Assembly: GCA_905331295.1 (NCBI GenBank)
Contig: CAJNYD010000057.1
Span: 62,001 to 126,000, forward strand
Direction: 5' to 3'
Length of the DNA stretch: 64,000 nucleotides
Source of the DNA: Rotaria socialis
Taxonomy: Eukaryota
Shown one piece after another: positions 40,311 to 55,051 of this stretch. Numbering within the stretch: position 1 is the stretch's first letter; every line of letters begins with the position of its first letter. The translations under genes and the position numbers were made by a program. The notes under the pieces were generated by a model, which made no database searches, had not been told where the DNA came from, and worked only from the letters and a program-made list of their open reading frames with translations.

Positions 40311-41239
40311 TAGAGTTTCGATGTAAAAGTGAATAATCAATAAGCACACTCTCCTGTAAAAACTAATCATTTAACAAATTTTACCAACTGTAACTTGTTT
40401 TCAGATAGACGTATTCGCTTTTGTTACCGAAAACTTTCCGCGCCGCGTCATCTCTGAACGATCAGTTTTTATTGAATAATTTCGAATTTAATTTCTACTC
40501 TTAATTATTTCCAAACGCAATTGAAACCAATGTTTGATCCTTTTACATATGCACCGACAAGATTAGTGTTAGATTTATAATCATGATACTCGTATGTTAA
40601 TCATTATCATCGCTTCATCAACTTGATTATTTAACGACACCGGAGTTCATCAGTAAGTAAGAGGTTCCTAAGTTCTTATTTGATATATATATATATATTC
40701 TTTGGAAATCGTCACTTTTATATAAGCCACTCACTAGATTATTCAATGATTATATTCCTTGTTTAATACATTCTGTTATATTCTCTTTTAAATTTTATTT
40801 TGCATTGCTGAAAATTCGCTTAATTACTTAAACAAAAAGCAAACATTAGCACGCTACAATTAAAACAACATATCATATTCATTTTTTTGTCTCTTCTCTT
40901 GATTAATGATCGACTTCATATCATCACGAGCGTACGTGCCATCATTTTTCTCTTATCTTAAAACTAACTACATAACAAATAGATAAAGAAGAATTTCTCT
41001 GCGAATAGATAGAACTATTCGATTATCAGACCAGAAGAGAAAGAAAAAGCATTCGAGAAAGATCACATAGATTCACCAGACTTTATCTTTTTCTGAACTG
41101 TCAATTCAACCAAGAAAATAAATAAAGCAAGCACACAATAACTTATCCATGAATAGTCCAGCACAATAGATACGAACAAAAAGAAAAAGAAGAAAAAACG
41201 GATATTAGCCTAAACAAATAAAAAGCGACCAATAGATCA

Positions 41240-43173
41240 CTAAAAGCCATTGTACAATCGATGTTTCGGTTCTTGTTGCAATAGAGTTTTGATAGCTAAA
41301 AGAATTGTTTGTTGTTAGTATTATATTTAAAAAAGAACTAGGATCTTTCGACGAGTTACCTTCGCGTTGTTCATTATCGAATGCACCTTTAGGAAAGTCA
41401 ACATCAATCGTAACGTAAAGATCGCCAATAATATTATTTTGATCATGTTGTGGTAGACCTTCGCCTTTTTTCTTTATGCGAGCACCAGGCCATGTGATTT
41501 TTTCGCGTTTAACTACTACCTAAAATTAATTTGATATTTCGAAACTATTCAATGAATTCAGACTATGTTTAATGATTATCTATGCTATTCTCAGAAAACA
41601 TGAAAAATCGCTGGAGTATTTTCAGTCTTGTCTGTATGATAATCTATGCCAAAATGTGTAGATCTACTAGATTCAGACCTAATCCTTTTCTTTTTACTAA
41701 CTAATGTAGTATAGAACTTCTTACATCATGTCCATCAAGATGAGGAAATGATACATCAAAACCATTGAGTGCATCTTGCAGAGTTATTGTTAAATTTGTA
41801 TATAAGTCATTCTTTTTACGTTCAAATCTTGGATGTCTATGAAAAGATATAAAAAATATATTATTTCAAATTCGACATATTCCTATTATTACTTTTGAAT
41901 ACGAATAATAAATTTCAAATCACCAGGTTCACCTTCCATATGCGGCTCTCCTATTCAACAAAGAAAGTTTTTTTTATGTTTCCGAAAATTTCGAAGACAA
42001 ACCTTCAGCAGTAAATGGTATTTCATATCCGTCCGCTACACCTGCTTCTACTTCTATTTCCAATACTTTTTCTTCTGTAACAAATCTTAAAAGCGAAAAT
42101 AATAAAAAATTTTGTCAAATAAAAATTTGTTTTACTTTATATTTGGACATTCATCGCATACTTGTTCTTGCATCATTTGAAACTAAAACAGAAATTTCCA
42201 ATCAATAATCTTCTTCCGCCAAGAAAAATTAAATATTAATACTCGACATAATTTTCTCTAATGCAAACATCAACTTAGCAGAGTACATTATTTTGCTGTC
42301 ATACAAATATCACAATAGATATTAATATACTATTATTCTTGTACTACACAACTCAATTATATCATAGAAAATACTCTAGTTCTAAAAATAAATCTTACGC
42401 GGCCAGGTCCCATTTGAGTAGTTCGCATTTCCATTCGACAATTACATTTACGTGAACCAGCCGTTTGTTTTGCTACTGGTTTTGCTCGAACAACCTAAAT
42501 AATTAATTTTTAGCAAAAGAATACAATTAGCAATTGTTACTTCAACGAAATTTCCATTATAAACTTCTTCGAGTGTTACATATAAATCTAGCACTAAATC
42601 TCCGCCACGTGGTACTTGATGATGTCCATCATCTCTCGAACCACCGAAAGGAAAAAAATCACCAAAAAAACTAAGAAAAAAAAAAGAATTTCCTAGGACC
42701 TGCCTTCATTAAATGATAAGATATACCTGGAAAATGGATCATGGAATGAATCCTCACTACCTTGTCGTTTCAAGCCGTCTTCACCATGTTTGTCATAGAC
42801 CTTTCGTTTATCAGGATCAGATAATGCCTAATAAAACAATATAACGTAGTTTCGAATAAAACACTTTTTTTTTGTTTTTACTTCATAAGCAGCTCCTAAA
42901 TCTTGAAATCGCTCTTGTGCTTTTGGATCATCTTTATTCTTATCCGGATGTAGTTCTTTTGCTAATTTTCGGTAAGCTTTTTTTACTTGATTCAACGTAG
43001 CCGTTTTTGGCAAATTCAAAATTTTATAAAAGTCACGCCTAGAAGAAAAACGATAATTACTCATTTAATTTCTAAACGAAATTTTTTTCCACTACGAACC
43101 CAGCCGATATGACATCTACTATGAATATTAATAAGAATAAAACCAATAGATAAATAATAGAATTGATTTTCAT
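41240..43173 (-). CDS. DNAJB11: ER luminal DnaJ co-chaperone ERdj3, multi-exon
   Basis: Signal peptide. J domain [39 protein letters not shown]. Later motifs [32 protein letters not shown] and [16 protein letters not shown]. Ends LYNGF*. Confidence 0.93.
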
Positions 43174-43620
43174 CTAAAATATTTTTTTTCAAACAATTCA
43201 TTGCTTCTGATGTTGTTAAATACTTTTTTTTCGTTTAAACACACAAAAAAGAAACGTTTGTTTGAAGATTTTTTTTCATGTTTGATTCTCAATGTGTACA
43301 GTGGTAATCCTAATAGAAGACAAAAGAAAAAAGACGCGACAAAGGGAAAGAGAAGAAACACGGAAGACAGTAAAATGTGTGATTGCGAGCACGTATAACA
43401 GCACCGGGTGTAGCTCAGAGCAAGTTAAGAACGAAGAGGTACAAAGGATCATTTGCTTGTTTCACAAATGCTAAATGCTCAATGGACAAATATTCAACAT
43501 TGGGCCAGACAGTAACCAAAAAAGAAAGAAACAGAAAAAAAACGATGAGGACAAGCAGAAATCAAAAAAGAAAAAAACAAAAATGACTACATGCATAAAA
43601 CACAGGATATTTCTAAGAGA

Positions 43621-43878
43621 TCAAAATCTAAGACCATCGTCACAATGAATGGATTTTTTGTAACTATCTTCAGTTGGTTGATATTGATGTTGTTTACTAA
43701 CAGATAAATTTTCAAGCACCTTCAAACGATAATTAAAATCATCCACACGATGATCAATATCATTCAGATGACGATGAATCAGATCTAGTTGAGAAAGGAT
43801 ACTATCATATTGATTGGATTTTTGCTGGATTTCAGTTGAAGATGGGGAAGTTTTGGAACGAACCGATTTCAGATCGCT
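43621..43878 (-). CDS. Putative alternative last exon of coronin encoding a second coiled coil
   Basis: TTTAG acceptor, phase 0 like the donor at 44508. 258-nt open frame SDLKSVRSK...ILSQLDLIHRHLNDIDHRVDDFNYRLKVLENL...LRF*. Confidence 0.65.
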   Translation of the reverse strand, partial: SDLKSVRSKTSPSSTEIQQKSNQYDSILSQLDLIHRHLNDIDHRVDDFNYRLKVLENLSVSKQHQYQPTEDSYKKSIHCDDGLRF

Positions 43879-44271
43879 CTAAATAAAATTAAAATAAATT
43901 TATTTCTATACAGTATAAAAACAACAAGTTATTAGTAGAATAGTATATATAGGTTAGGTTTAACAGTTATGATAGGGTTAAAGAAGAAGAAGAAGAAGAA
44001 GAGATACCAGTGGAGATTTAAAACTAGTTTCTAAAACTTCCCCAAGTAGAAAAATACAAACATGCATACATGCAAATAAAAATAACTAAAACAACATTAA
44101 AAGCAAACAATAATGATCTTACTGAATTTGAAAAGTAATATTAAAGATGCATGTATGAATTTTGTGTGTATATGCACGTAGTTAAATAAATTGAAAAATA
44201 AATAAACGAGTGAGATAAGAGAAAAATGAAATAAAGAAGAAAAAGAACACATTGTTATTTGATTATAAGTA

Positions 44272-46371
<2,100 letters not shown>

Positions 46372-47516
46372 TAGTAATGAAATAATATAATCGTGGTACT
46401 ATATGTCGATGTAGATTCTATATAATGACGATAATAATAATAACAACAACAACAACAACCTGAAACAAACATGCAGTTATCATTTTCACCATGTCTTCAT
46501 ATTGCTTCCTTTCTCTCTCTCTCTCTCTCTCTCGCTTTCCGTTCTTCACCGCACTATGTACTAGCACAGCATGAGGGCAATTGTTGATGGAAATAGTCGA
46601 GTTCTGTATGATAAATCGACGTATATATTATATACCCAACAAGCAATTGTTGCGACATCTCTACTCAAAAAATAGACCAACTGACAGAGATAATCTTTCT
46701 TTCCGTATATAGTAATGATGGTGACAACGGAGCAAAAGCGAAAAAAAGACCTGTCATGTATTATCTCGAAATGCTTTAATAATTTTATGTCTGTTTCTTT
46801 CAATCATGTTCAACAAAAAAAAAAATTTCTTTTTGATTAAAAAAAGAAGCCATAATAAGTCATTTACGTAATTCTTTTACAAGTCGAAACCTTTCCCCAT
46901 ATACGATATACCGACTAATGTAAACATATATGAAAAAAAATTTGCATTTCTCTGTTTTATAACATCTCATATCATCATTAGTATTCGTACCGTTATAAAA
47001 GTAAGTATATTTACCTGAAAAAAGAAAGTAAATATAAATAAATATGTTAACTGTTGTTGTAAATCATGCTGTAAATACACTAGATTGATGTTAATATCTA
47101 AAATAGAATTAAAAACTTTCAATTCTTTTTCTTTTTTCGTTCTTTTTCTTTTTTTGTTTATCGAAAGGGTCGATTGAACTGGTTAGAGAAAGAAGAAAGC
47201 GAGTGTCCGTTGTTGTGATTAAATGAAGACAAAAAAACGTTGTGATTTCTCATTGGTCATTGATATCCATTGTATGCTTCCATCTATCTATTTTATTGAA
47301 TGAAAAAATTCAAAAACTATTGCTTGAAATTAAATTAAACTATGATCTATTGATGAAAATTAATTAATAATCAAGATAAAATTCTTCTGGTTTTAAATAA
47401 TTTATTGGATATGTCTCCTAAGCCAATAGGAATAAAGATCAAAACTGATCTGTTGTTTGGAACACTAGATTTCTTATAGCCACAAAAAAATTATTAGTGC
47501 AATAATAATCAGTAAA

Positions 47517-49382
47517 ATGCGTACATCTGTTACTGTATTTTTTATTTTATTAAATATTCTTTTATGTTTCGTGTGGTCAGCAGCAAAGAAAATTCATGAT
47601 GAAGAGTTTTCTGAATTTGACGATTTTGATGAAGATGAATTTGTTGCTGGTAAGAAATCGAAGATGAGTTTTGACTAGAAAGTCTACAGGTATATTTCTA
47701 TTTTAGAAACTCCATCTCCACCCGGTGCTAGTCAATTATCATCTAAAACACAATTTAATCAGCCAGATCAAACTAAAAACGAGGGTTTATCTCAACCATC
47801 GATGAGTAAAACAACAGAACAAACAACTCATGATAGTGTCACTATTGATGATGATGATGATGATGATCTTATGTTTGATGAAGAAGAATTTGAAGCGGTA
47901 ATGAATAAGTTTGAGTCATTTCATTCATTGAATTTACTATGTAATATTACAAAGAGAAATTTGTTTTTTTATGATGTTAACTTAATGTCTAAGAGATAAA
48001 GAATAAAGGTCAATTTTAATAACGTAATCTTTAATGAAACTTATATTTAGACTGATCTATTTTCATCGGCACCTACACCAGATTTTAAAATTGCTGAAGT
48101 TCCTGCTAATTTAACAGGCAATCGATGGGAATCGTATCATTGTGAAGCAATAATGATTCTTGTATTATTGAGTTACTTAATAAATTTTCTTATTGGACGT
48201 TCGAAAAATGCCCGCCTTGCAGCAACTATTTATAATTCCCAACGTGATTTACTTGAAAGAAAATTTTCTCTCGTTGGTGATAATGGTCAAACACAAACTA
48301 CAAAATCAACTGATGAACAAATAGATAATGATGTCGTATCAAATAATATTCATAAAGAATCTGAAAGTTTATATGTACTTTGGTGTAGTGGTCGAACATC
48401 ACTTGAAAGTATGCTGATTGAAATGCGTTTTATTAAACGACAATGTTTATTTAATTCATTGGCTGCATTAATTAAATCATTAAATGATATGATTATTTAT
48501 ACTATTGATTATAGTAAAGATGATATGGAAACATTTGTATTTTGTCTAGCAAAAAAACGTTCTGCTGTTAAATTACATCGTGACATGAATGATCTTAGTC
48601 AATTTTGTTCGGAACGAAAAAATGCTGAAAAACATCGTTTAAGCGGAAATTATCAGATATTAAGTGAAATCAGTGAAGTATCAAAAATTATTATTGATAA
48701 TCGAGTAGGAGATTTTATTAACAAGTAAGAATTCTTTTGGAGAAATTTTCATGAAATGCAACGAAAAACCCCTACGAATCTTATTCGTTAGTTTATATCG
48801 ATGAATATTTCATTTAGATTTCCTGATGCACTTGAATACATTCATATTAGTGATCAATATACGGGAATGAAAATACAGAATGATAATCAACAATCATCAT
48901 CTAGTCAACCGTCAAATAATGGTACTACTGTTGGATCGAATGGTGTTAGTGCAACACAACAACAGGATGCATTAAATTTAAGTGAACGTTCTGTTCGTCG
49001 TGTATTAATTGTTGCGTTTAATTTAATTCCATCTAATGATCGTTCATTACAAATTACAACAGAAACTGTTATTAACGATTATTCACGTTTTGTATTACAT
49101 CTAGCGGATCATGTCGGTTTGTTTCGTTTTACGTCTAAAGAATCAAAAGTTAAAACTTTGAAAAATCGTCAACGTATTGAAGAACAATTTTTAAAGAATG
49201 TCAATCAACAACGGCAAGAACAAGCTCAACAAAGACGTGAAGAAAAACGTCGAGCTGAAAAAGAAAAAATTATGCAATCTGATGATCCAGACAAGCAACG
49301 CAAATGGGAAGAAAAAGAATATAAACGTGAAATGAAACGACGACAACCAAAAATGAAACAAATGAAAATAAAATCCATGTAA
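47517..49382 (+). CDS. CCDC47: PAT complex subunit CCDC47 (ER membrane)
   Basis: Signal peptide, acidic luminal part, TM YLINFLIGRSKNARLA, KESESLYVLWCSGR, IHISDQYTG and C-terminal RKWEEKEYKREMKRRQPKMKQMKIKSM. Confidence 0.93.
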
Positions 49383-50624
49383 ACCTAGTACAAAGTCAAT
49401 GCTAAATTTTAGTCATCTATATAATTCTCATTCATTTCTCAATGTCATCCGTCAGTTTTCTTTTTGTTGTTTTGTAATTGAATCTCCGTGTTTTTTTTAA
49501 TATTGTATATGAGCTAAAACAATCATATAAAAGATGCAATTTAGCCGTAACCTAATTTATATTTTTTATGAATACCTATCGAACATAGGACAACAGAACG
49601 ATTCAATAGAGAGATGAAATTCATGTCAAAAATTAGACAAATCAAGCATTTAGTATTTGAGCAAGTAAAAAAATCTACAGAAAAAGGTTCTGTTATTTTC
49701 CTTTCATACCTGTTTGTTAACAGGAAATTAAGAATCAATCAGGAAAAAAGTTTATTTGCTATTGTTAATATAGTTTAGATTGGTGCACTTATGTTCATAA
49801 ATCAAGGAATACGTTTTTTTCTTTTTATTGGTGAGAAATGCAGAAAATGTTATTTCCTGCAGCAAAATATTCTTCGGAGAAATGCATCTATATCTATTTC
49901 CGACAGAGCAATGTTCTTATGCATATATGTTATCACAAAATCGACATGCAGTGAGTAAAATGTCAATTTCAACAAGGGGTGTCTAAGGAGTGAGGAATAT
50001 AAATACCTCCTCAATATCCCAATAGATTCCTGGATGCTAAAATCAAAAGTATACAATATTCCCTATATATTCTTACTGTCATATTTATTTTGACCGGGAA
50101 ACTTGTGAATACCACATCGAATTCTGAAAAGGTAGATGATTCGTCAATTGAATAACTATTCCTATTTCTCACCTCTTGGACGCTCACAACTTCTTATTAT
50201 TTGTTAAGACATGTTCTCTTTGAATTTGTTTCTACTATTTTAGCCTATAAACGGCATGAGATATTCTTCGAAACTCTTGTGCATTCCAATGAAGACATCA
50301 TTCTCCCGTTCTATCATTACACCTTGATTACGTAGATGTAAAACGAAATAAGAGAGAACAGAAAGCGAGAAACTGTTGAATCATTTCATTCGAAGAGAAA
50401 GTGTTATTTATTTTATAAGTCATTTATTGGCACACTGTAATGACGTCTTGACACTGAATGCAAATCGAAATATCAACAAAAAACTGTTGACAAGAGAAGA
50501 AGCAATACATTGATGCTTTTTATTATTCAAGTTAACCAGCATCCTTGCGTGTTATTAGCAAATAGCATTTTTTGTGATTCTAAATTGGAAACCCACCCAT
50601 ATACGTTTCAACACTTGAGATAAA

Positions 50625-52912
50625 ATGGGCTGCAACGAATCGGCAATGACAGTAAGTTAACCAGAATCATACAGAAATGAATGAGAAAAGCACACATTGC
50701 TGTCAGGGTTACCAGATACAACTTTTAGAAATCAGGGAATTTTTGTGAAAAATCAGGAGAATTTTTTCCTAGATCAGGAGTGTTTTTTTTGACATTCAAC
50801 AGTCATTCGATGATTTTTATCTAATAACTTCCGATTTTTCACTAATAGATGCAGCAACCTCTTTTCCTATAATGGGATTGATGCTGAAAATTTTTCTTCC
50901 CACGGGAATCATTCCGACGGTAGGATTCTGTCGGATTCATTCACCTGGGTTGTAGTCGAATTAAAATTGAAAATAGAATGCTAATTTCATAAAGTTCATT
51001 TAAATAGATAATTAAAACGTGTTCATTAGAATACATAGTAAAAACTACTTCGCCAATTTACTAAGTAATTCGTGACACTTCTGCAAGTGACTCTACTTAA
51101 ATCTAACAATCGAATATATGTTTCGAAAGATCTGGTTCATTTAAAAGATGATCGTAGAGTTCTGGTTAAGTAAAATAGGCAGTGTTGCCAGATCCCCACA
51201 TCTTGTGGAAAAATTCCAGATTTGGAAAGTTTTTCCGAATTTTCAAAGCTTTTCTCGATTTTTTTCTAGATTTCGAAAAAAAAATTTGGATTTTTTTGGA
51301 TTTTCGAGGTTGACATCAAGCAGTTTTCTTGGATGTGCACTTTTTTTATTAAAATATATGTTGTAGATATGTATAAAAAATATCTTTGTTTCGAATCCGT
51401 TAGAGTAAAAGGTACTTTAAATGAAAAAACGGACCCAAAAAATCTTTCCGCATTTTTTCAACATTTAAAAAAAGCTCCGCAAGTTTCCGGACTTTCAAGT
51501 TCGACATCTGGCAACACTGAAAATGAGTGTTCATTTTAATCTTCAACTCAGCTTCAACTAAATCATGGCTCAGTTGATTTCGACTATCATTCCATATATA
51601 AGTTGAAACATTTCCATAGATTTGTTCTTTTCTCTTGGAAATCGCTATAGGTTCAAAACGAAGTTAATCATCACATTGCAAAAATCAGGAGATCCCTGAT
51701 TGCTGTACGTTTACACTTGTGAAGTACAAAAGGCTAGTTTAATACGAAGCCTACTAGATGTTAAAGCTTTAGAAATTTCATATAGATTTATAGGATACAT
51801 TGACGGGTTATAGTTAATTTAAATATAAGTTTCATAGTATATAATTTTTGTTTTAGGTTAATTTCTCCTTTACCAAACTTGGTTTGGAGCATGAGAGAAA
51901 AGGTGAATACACGCAAGCACTTTCATATTACGAGCAAGATCTCGAAATCAAATTGAAAACTCTTCATACTGATCATCCGGATTTGGCTATCTGCTGCAAC
52001 AATATCGCAGGAGTGTATGATAGCATGGGAGAGTACTCGAAAGCTCTTGTATTCTACGAAAAATCACTGGATATCAAAGAAAAAATTCTTCCACCGAATC
52101 ATGAAGAATTAGCCAGTTGTTACAATAACACGGCCGGAGTTTATGATAACTTAGGCGAATACTCAAAAGCACTTTTATTTTATGAAAAATCGCATGGCAT
52201 CTTCCAAAAAACTCTTGCGCCAGACCATCCCAACTTGGCTACTTACTACAACAATGTAGGTTTGGTGTATAGAAATATGGGTGACTACTCGAAAGCACTG
52301 GAATTCTACGAAAAGGATTTAGAGATCAACCAGAAAAATCTACCTCGAGACAATCCCTCTTTGGCTACATCTTATAATAACATCGGTTCTCTATATTGTA
52401 ATATGGGCGAATATGCAAAAGCACTTAAATATCATGAAAAAGGAGTTAGTATCAAAGAAAAAATCCTTGCTCCGAATGATCCCTCCTTGGGTAATTCTTA
52501 CAATAACATTGGGCTAGTGTATGATAAGATGGGTGAATACTCGAAAGCACTGGAATTCTATGAAAAATCACTTCATATCAAAGAAAAGACTGTCTCTCCA
52601 AAGCATCCATCGTGGGGTGCATCCTACAATAATATTGGTTCAGCACATTATCATATGGGTGATTATTCGAAAGCACTTGCATTTTACGACAAATCCATCG
52701 ATATCAGTGAAAAAACTCTTCCTCCTAATCATCTCGATTTAGCTACTTCGTACAATAATATCGGGTCAGTGTACGATAAGATGGGCGAGTATTCAACAGC
52801 ACTTTCATTCTATAGAAGATCACTTGAAATATTCGAAAAATCTGTCCCTGAAGTTCATCCATGTGTTCTTGAATTAAAGAAAAATATCGAACTTGTGAAG
52901 AGAAAATTGTAG
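50625..52912 (+). CDS. TPR-repeat protein (kinesin light chain/NPHP3-like 42-aa TPRs) with an N-terminal MGC motif (exons 50625-50651, 51651-51704, 51857-52912)
   Basis: About eight HPDLA.SYNNIG.VY..MGEYSKAL.FYEKSL repeats. Two upstream phase-0 exons, MGCNESAMT and VQNEVNHHIAKIRRSLIA, have canonical splice sites. The 5-prime exons are less certain than the TPR exon. Confidence 0.8.
50703..50790 (+). mobile_element. hAT-like transposon end fragment in TPR-gene intron 1
   Basis: Starts CAGGGTTACCAGAT, similar to the CAGTGTTGCCAGAT TIR nearby, with aatcagga subrepeats. No matching right end found. Confidence 0.4.
50899..50949. mobile_element. 51-bp mini-MITE (CCCAG...CTGGG type)
   Basis: TIR cccacgggaatcattccgac vs reverse complement cccaggtgaatgaatccgac (16/20). 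TT on both flanks. Confidence 0.6.
51180..51519. mobile_element. hAT-family MITE in TPR-gene intron 1
   Basis: Perfect 14-bp TIR CAGTGTTGCCAGAT / ATCTGGCAACACTG. 8-bp flanks aaaatagg / aaaatgag (6/8, a decayed TSD). Confidence 0.85.
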
Positions 52913-53791
52913 CTTGCTGTTCTACAGTCGATAAACTTCCTGTTTTTAATTTTTTTCAGTGTTCGTGATAAATTCTTTTTTTTTCCATCGACTATTTTTT
53001 TGTGGCACTACAGTAACTAACGCTAACTATGTTAGAACAGCCAAGAAGATATGAGAAAAACATGTTCATGTACTTGTATAAGCACATGAATCTGTTAATC
53101 TCACAATAGCTTCAGATTATACATATAATTTATTTAATAAATACACAGTTTTATATCATTGATGCATTTCCTGTTATTTATAAATTAAAATATTAAAACA
53201 CTTCAAGGCTCTGTATTACATTTCGAAAGCTCAAATGCGAATTGAAAAGTTGGTAGAATGAAACTTGAACAAGAATAAATCATAAAAAAAATCTAATTGA
53301 ACTATCCACGAAGTGAAAATATAATAGAGAGTCTTTGAATAGAAGAGTACTTGTGTCTCAAATATTCGCAGTGTCGCAAGCAACAACTTTATGTGAATGC
53401 CTTTAATTTGTTGATCATACAAATTTTATATATACTCTTTTTCATCTTAATTTGAATTACTCGAAATAACATATAACATCATCAATTATTGAGAATACAC
53501 TCGCTGACTTTTTGGAAAAAAGAAACAAATCCCGTTTGTTCTGAAACGGTCAATATTCTAATCGCACACCTTGATACGCTTACGTAGGTTCAGTGCAGCA
53601 AAATATCTAAAACAGCATTATTGAGTCTACGCACTTCATATGTTGAATCTGATCATATCCTTTCAGTAGAGGGTTAGCGATTTATTTATTCATGATATGA
53701 CAACTAAAGAAACTTTATTTTTGAATGAAGAGAGACTGTACATTTGACGGGATAAAATGTTCTAGTTATTCATTCATCTTTTCTTTTCAGT

Positions 53792-54625
53792 TTACAATTT
53801 AAAAAGTTTCTTTGCATTTTCAGCTGTATGTTTAGCAATTTCATCGGCTGAAACCGAATAACATTCAGCTAATTTCTTCACTACATAAGGTAAACAACTT
53901 GGTTCATTTTGACTTGGCCAAGGCCTTGGCATATTGCGTGGTAATAAGAATGGTGCATCCGTTTCAATTAAAAGACGATCCAATGGAATATGTGGAATTA
54001 ATTTTGCTAAATCTTTACCGCGTCTATCGTCACATACCCAACCAGTTATACCAATATAAAGATTAAGTGCGAGATATTTTTGAAGAACATCAAGAGTTCC
54101 ATTTGTAAAACAATGAATGACGCCATGAAAATTTTCATGTTGCGAATATTTTTCCAATATGGATAACATATCGTTCGACGCTGATCGTTCATGCATAAAT
54201 AACGGAAGATTAAATTCACGAGCAAGTTCTAATTGTGTATTGAATACAGATCGTTGATCGTCAGGTGACGAAAAATTACGATCAAAATCAAGACCGCATT
54301 CTCCTACAGCAACAATGTTTCTATTTGCTGTTAATAAGTTAACAAGTTGTTCTCGATAATTATATGTTGCATGACGTGTAGCATCATGCGGATGAATACC
54401 AACAGTCGAATAAAGTTTAACATTTTGTTGTTCTCGATTATGTCTTGTTGCAATGTCTATTGCTTCACGGCTGCCTGATATACTTGTACCTGTTATGATA
54501 ATATGTGAAACTTGAGCATTATTAGCTCGTTGTAAAACTAAAGGCAGATGATGTTTTAATGATTTATGTGTAAGGTTTGCGCCAATATCGATAAGACTAT
54601 TTGTAATCGTAGTATTTGTAGCCAT
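53792..54625 (-). CDS. tatD: TatD-family nuclease, intronless, E. coli TatD-like subtype
   Basis: Motifs IDIGANLT, STVGIHPHDA, VAVGECGLDFDRNFS, LFMHER, VIHCFT, YIGITGWVCDDRRG, LLIETDAPFLLPR and NEP. Confidence 0.95.
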   Translation of the reverse strand: MATNTTITNSLIDIGANLTHKSLKHHLPLVLQRANNAQVSHIIITGTSISGSREAIDIATRHNREQQNVKLYSTVGIHPHDATRHATYNYREQLVNLLTANRNIVAVGECGLDFDRNFSSPDDQRSVFNTQLELAREFNLPLFMHERSASNDMLSILEKYSQHENFHGVIHCFTNGTLDVLQKYLALNLYIGITGWVCDDRRGKDLAKLIPHIPLDRLLIETDAPFLLPRNMPRPWPSQNEPSCLPYVVKKLAECYSVSADEIAKHTAENAKKLFKL

Positions 54626-55051
54626 ATTACGATGCAGAAAATTGAAAATGATCATTAATATGGAAAAAGAAAGAACGAAAAAATTCTAATTGCGTCATAG
54701 TTATGAAATAGTATCATGTATGACATCATTTTATTTTTAGTTTTTGGTATTTATTTCTATCGTTACAATCGATAATACAGAAGGATCATAAAAGAATCAG
54801 ACCAAAAGTTATATACATCAAAACTAATCTAATATAGAAATATTTCGGTAGAATTTCAGACGACAAAAATCATAGCTTGATTTAGGAAAAACAGCAAACC
54901 AGATACAAATTACAGTTAGACGGCTCGAAAGAAATAAAGTAAGAATAATGATATATAACAAAGATTTTATATTAAATGATGAGCGCGAGAAAGGAGTGCC
55001 AAAAAGAAAAAAGGATTTTCCTGAGATGATAATAATACGAAGACGAATAAG

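Noticed and set aside
43405..43480. tRNA/vault-RNA-like start GGGTGTAGCTCAG (box A-like)
   Set aside because: No GTTCGA box B, cloverleaf or terminal stem with a T-run.
49850..50340. Coding-like intergenic sequence on the minus strand
   Set aside because: Stops in all frames and no recognisable family.
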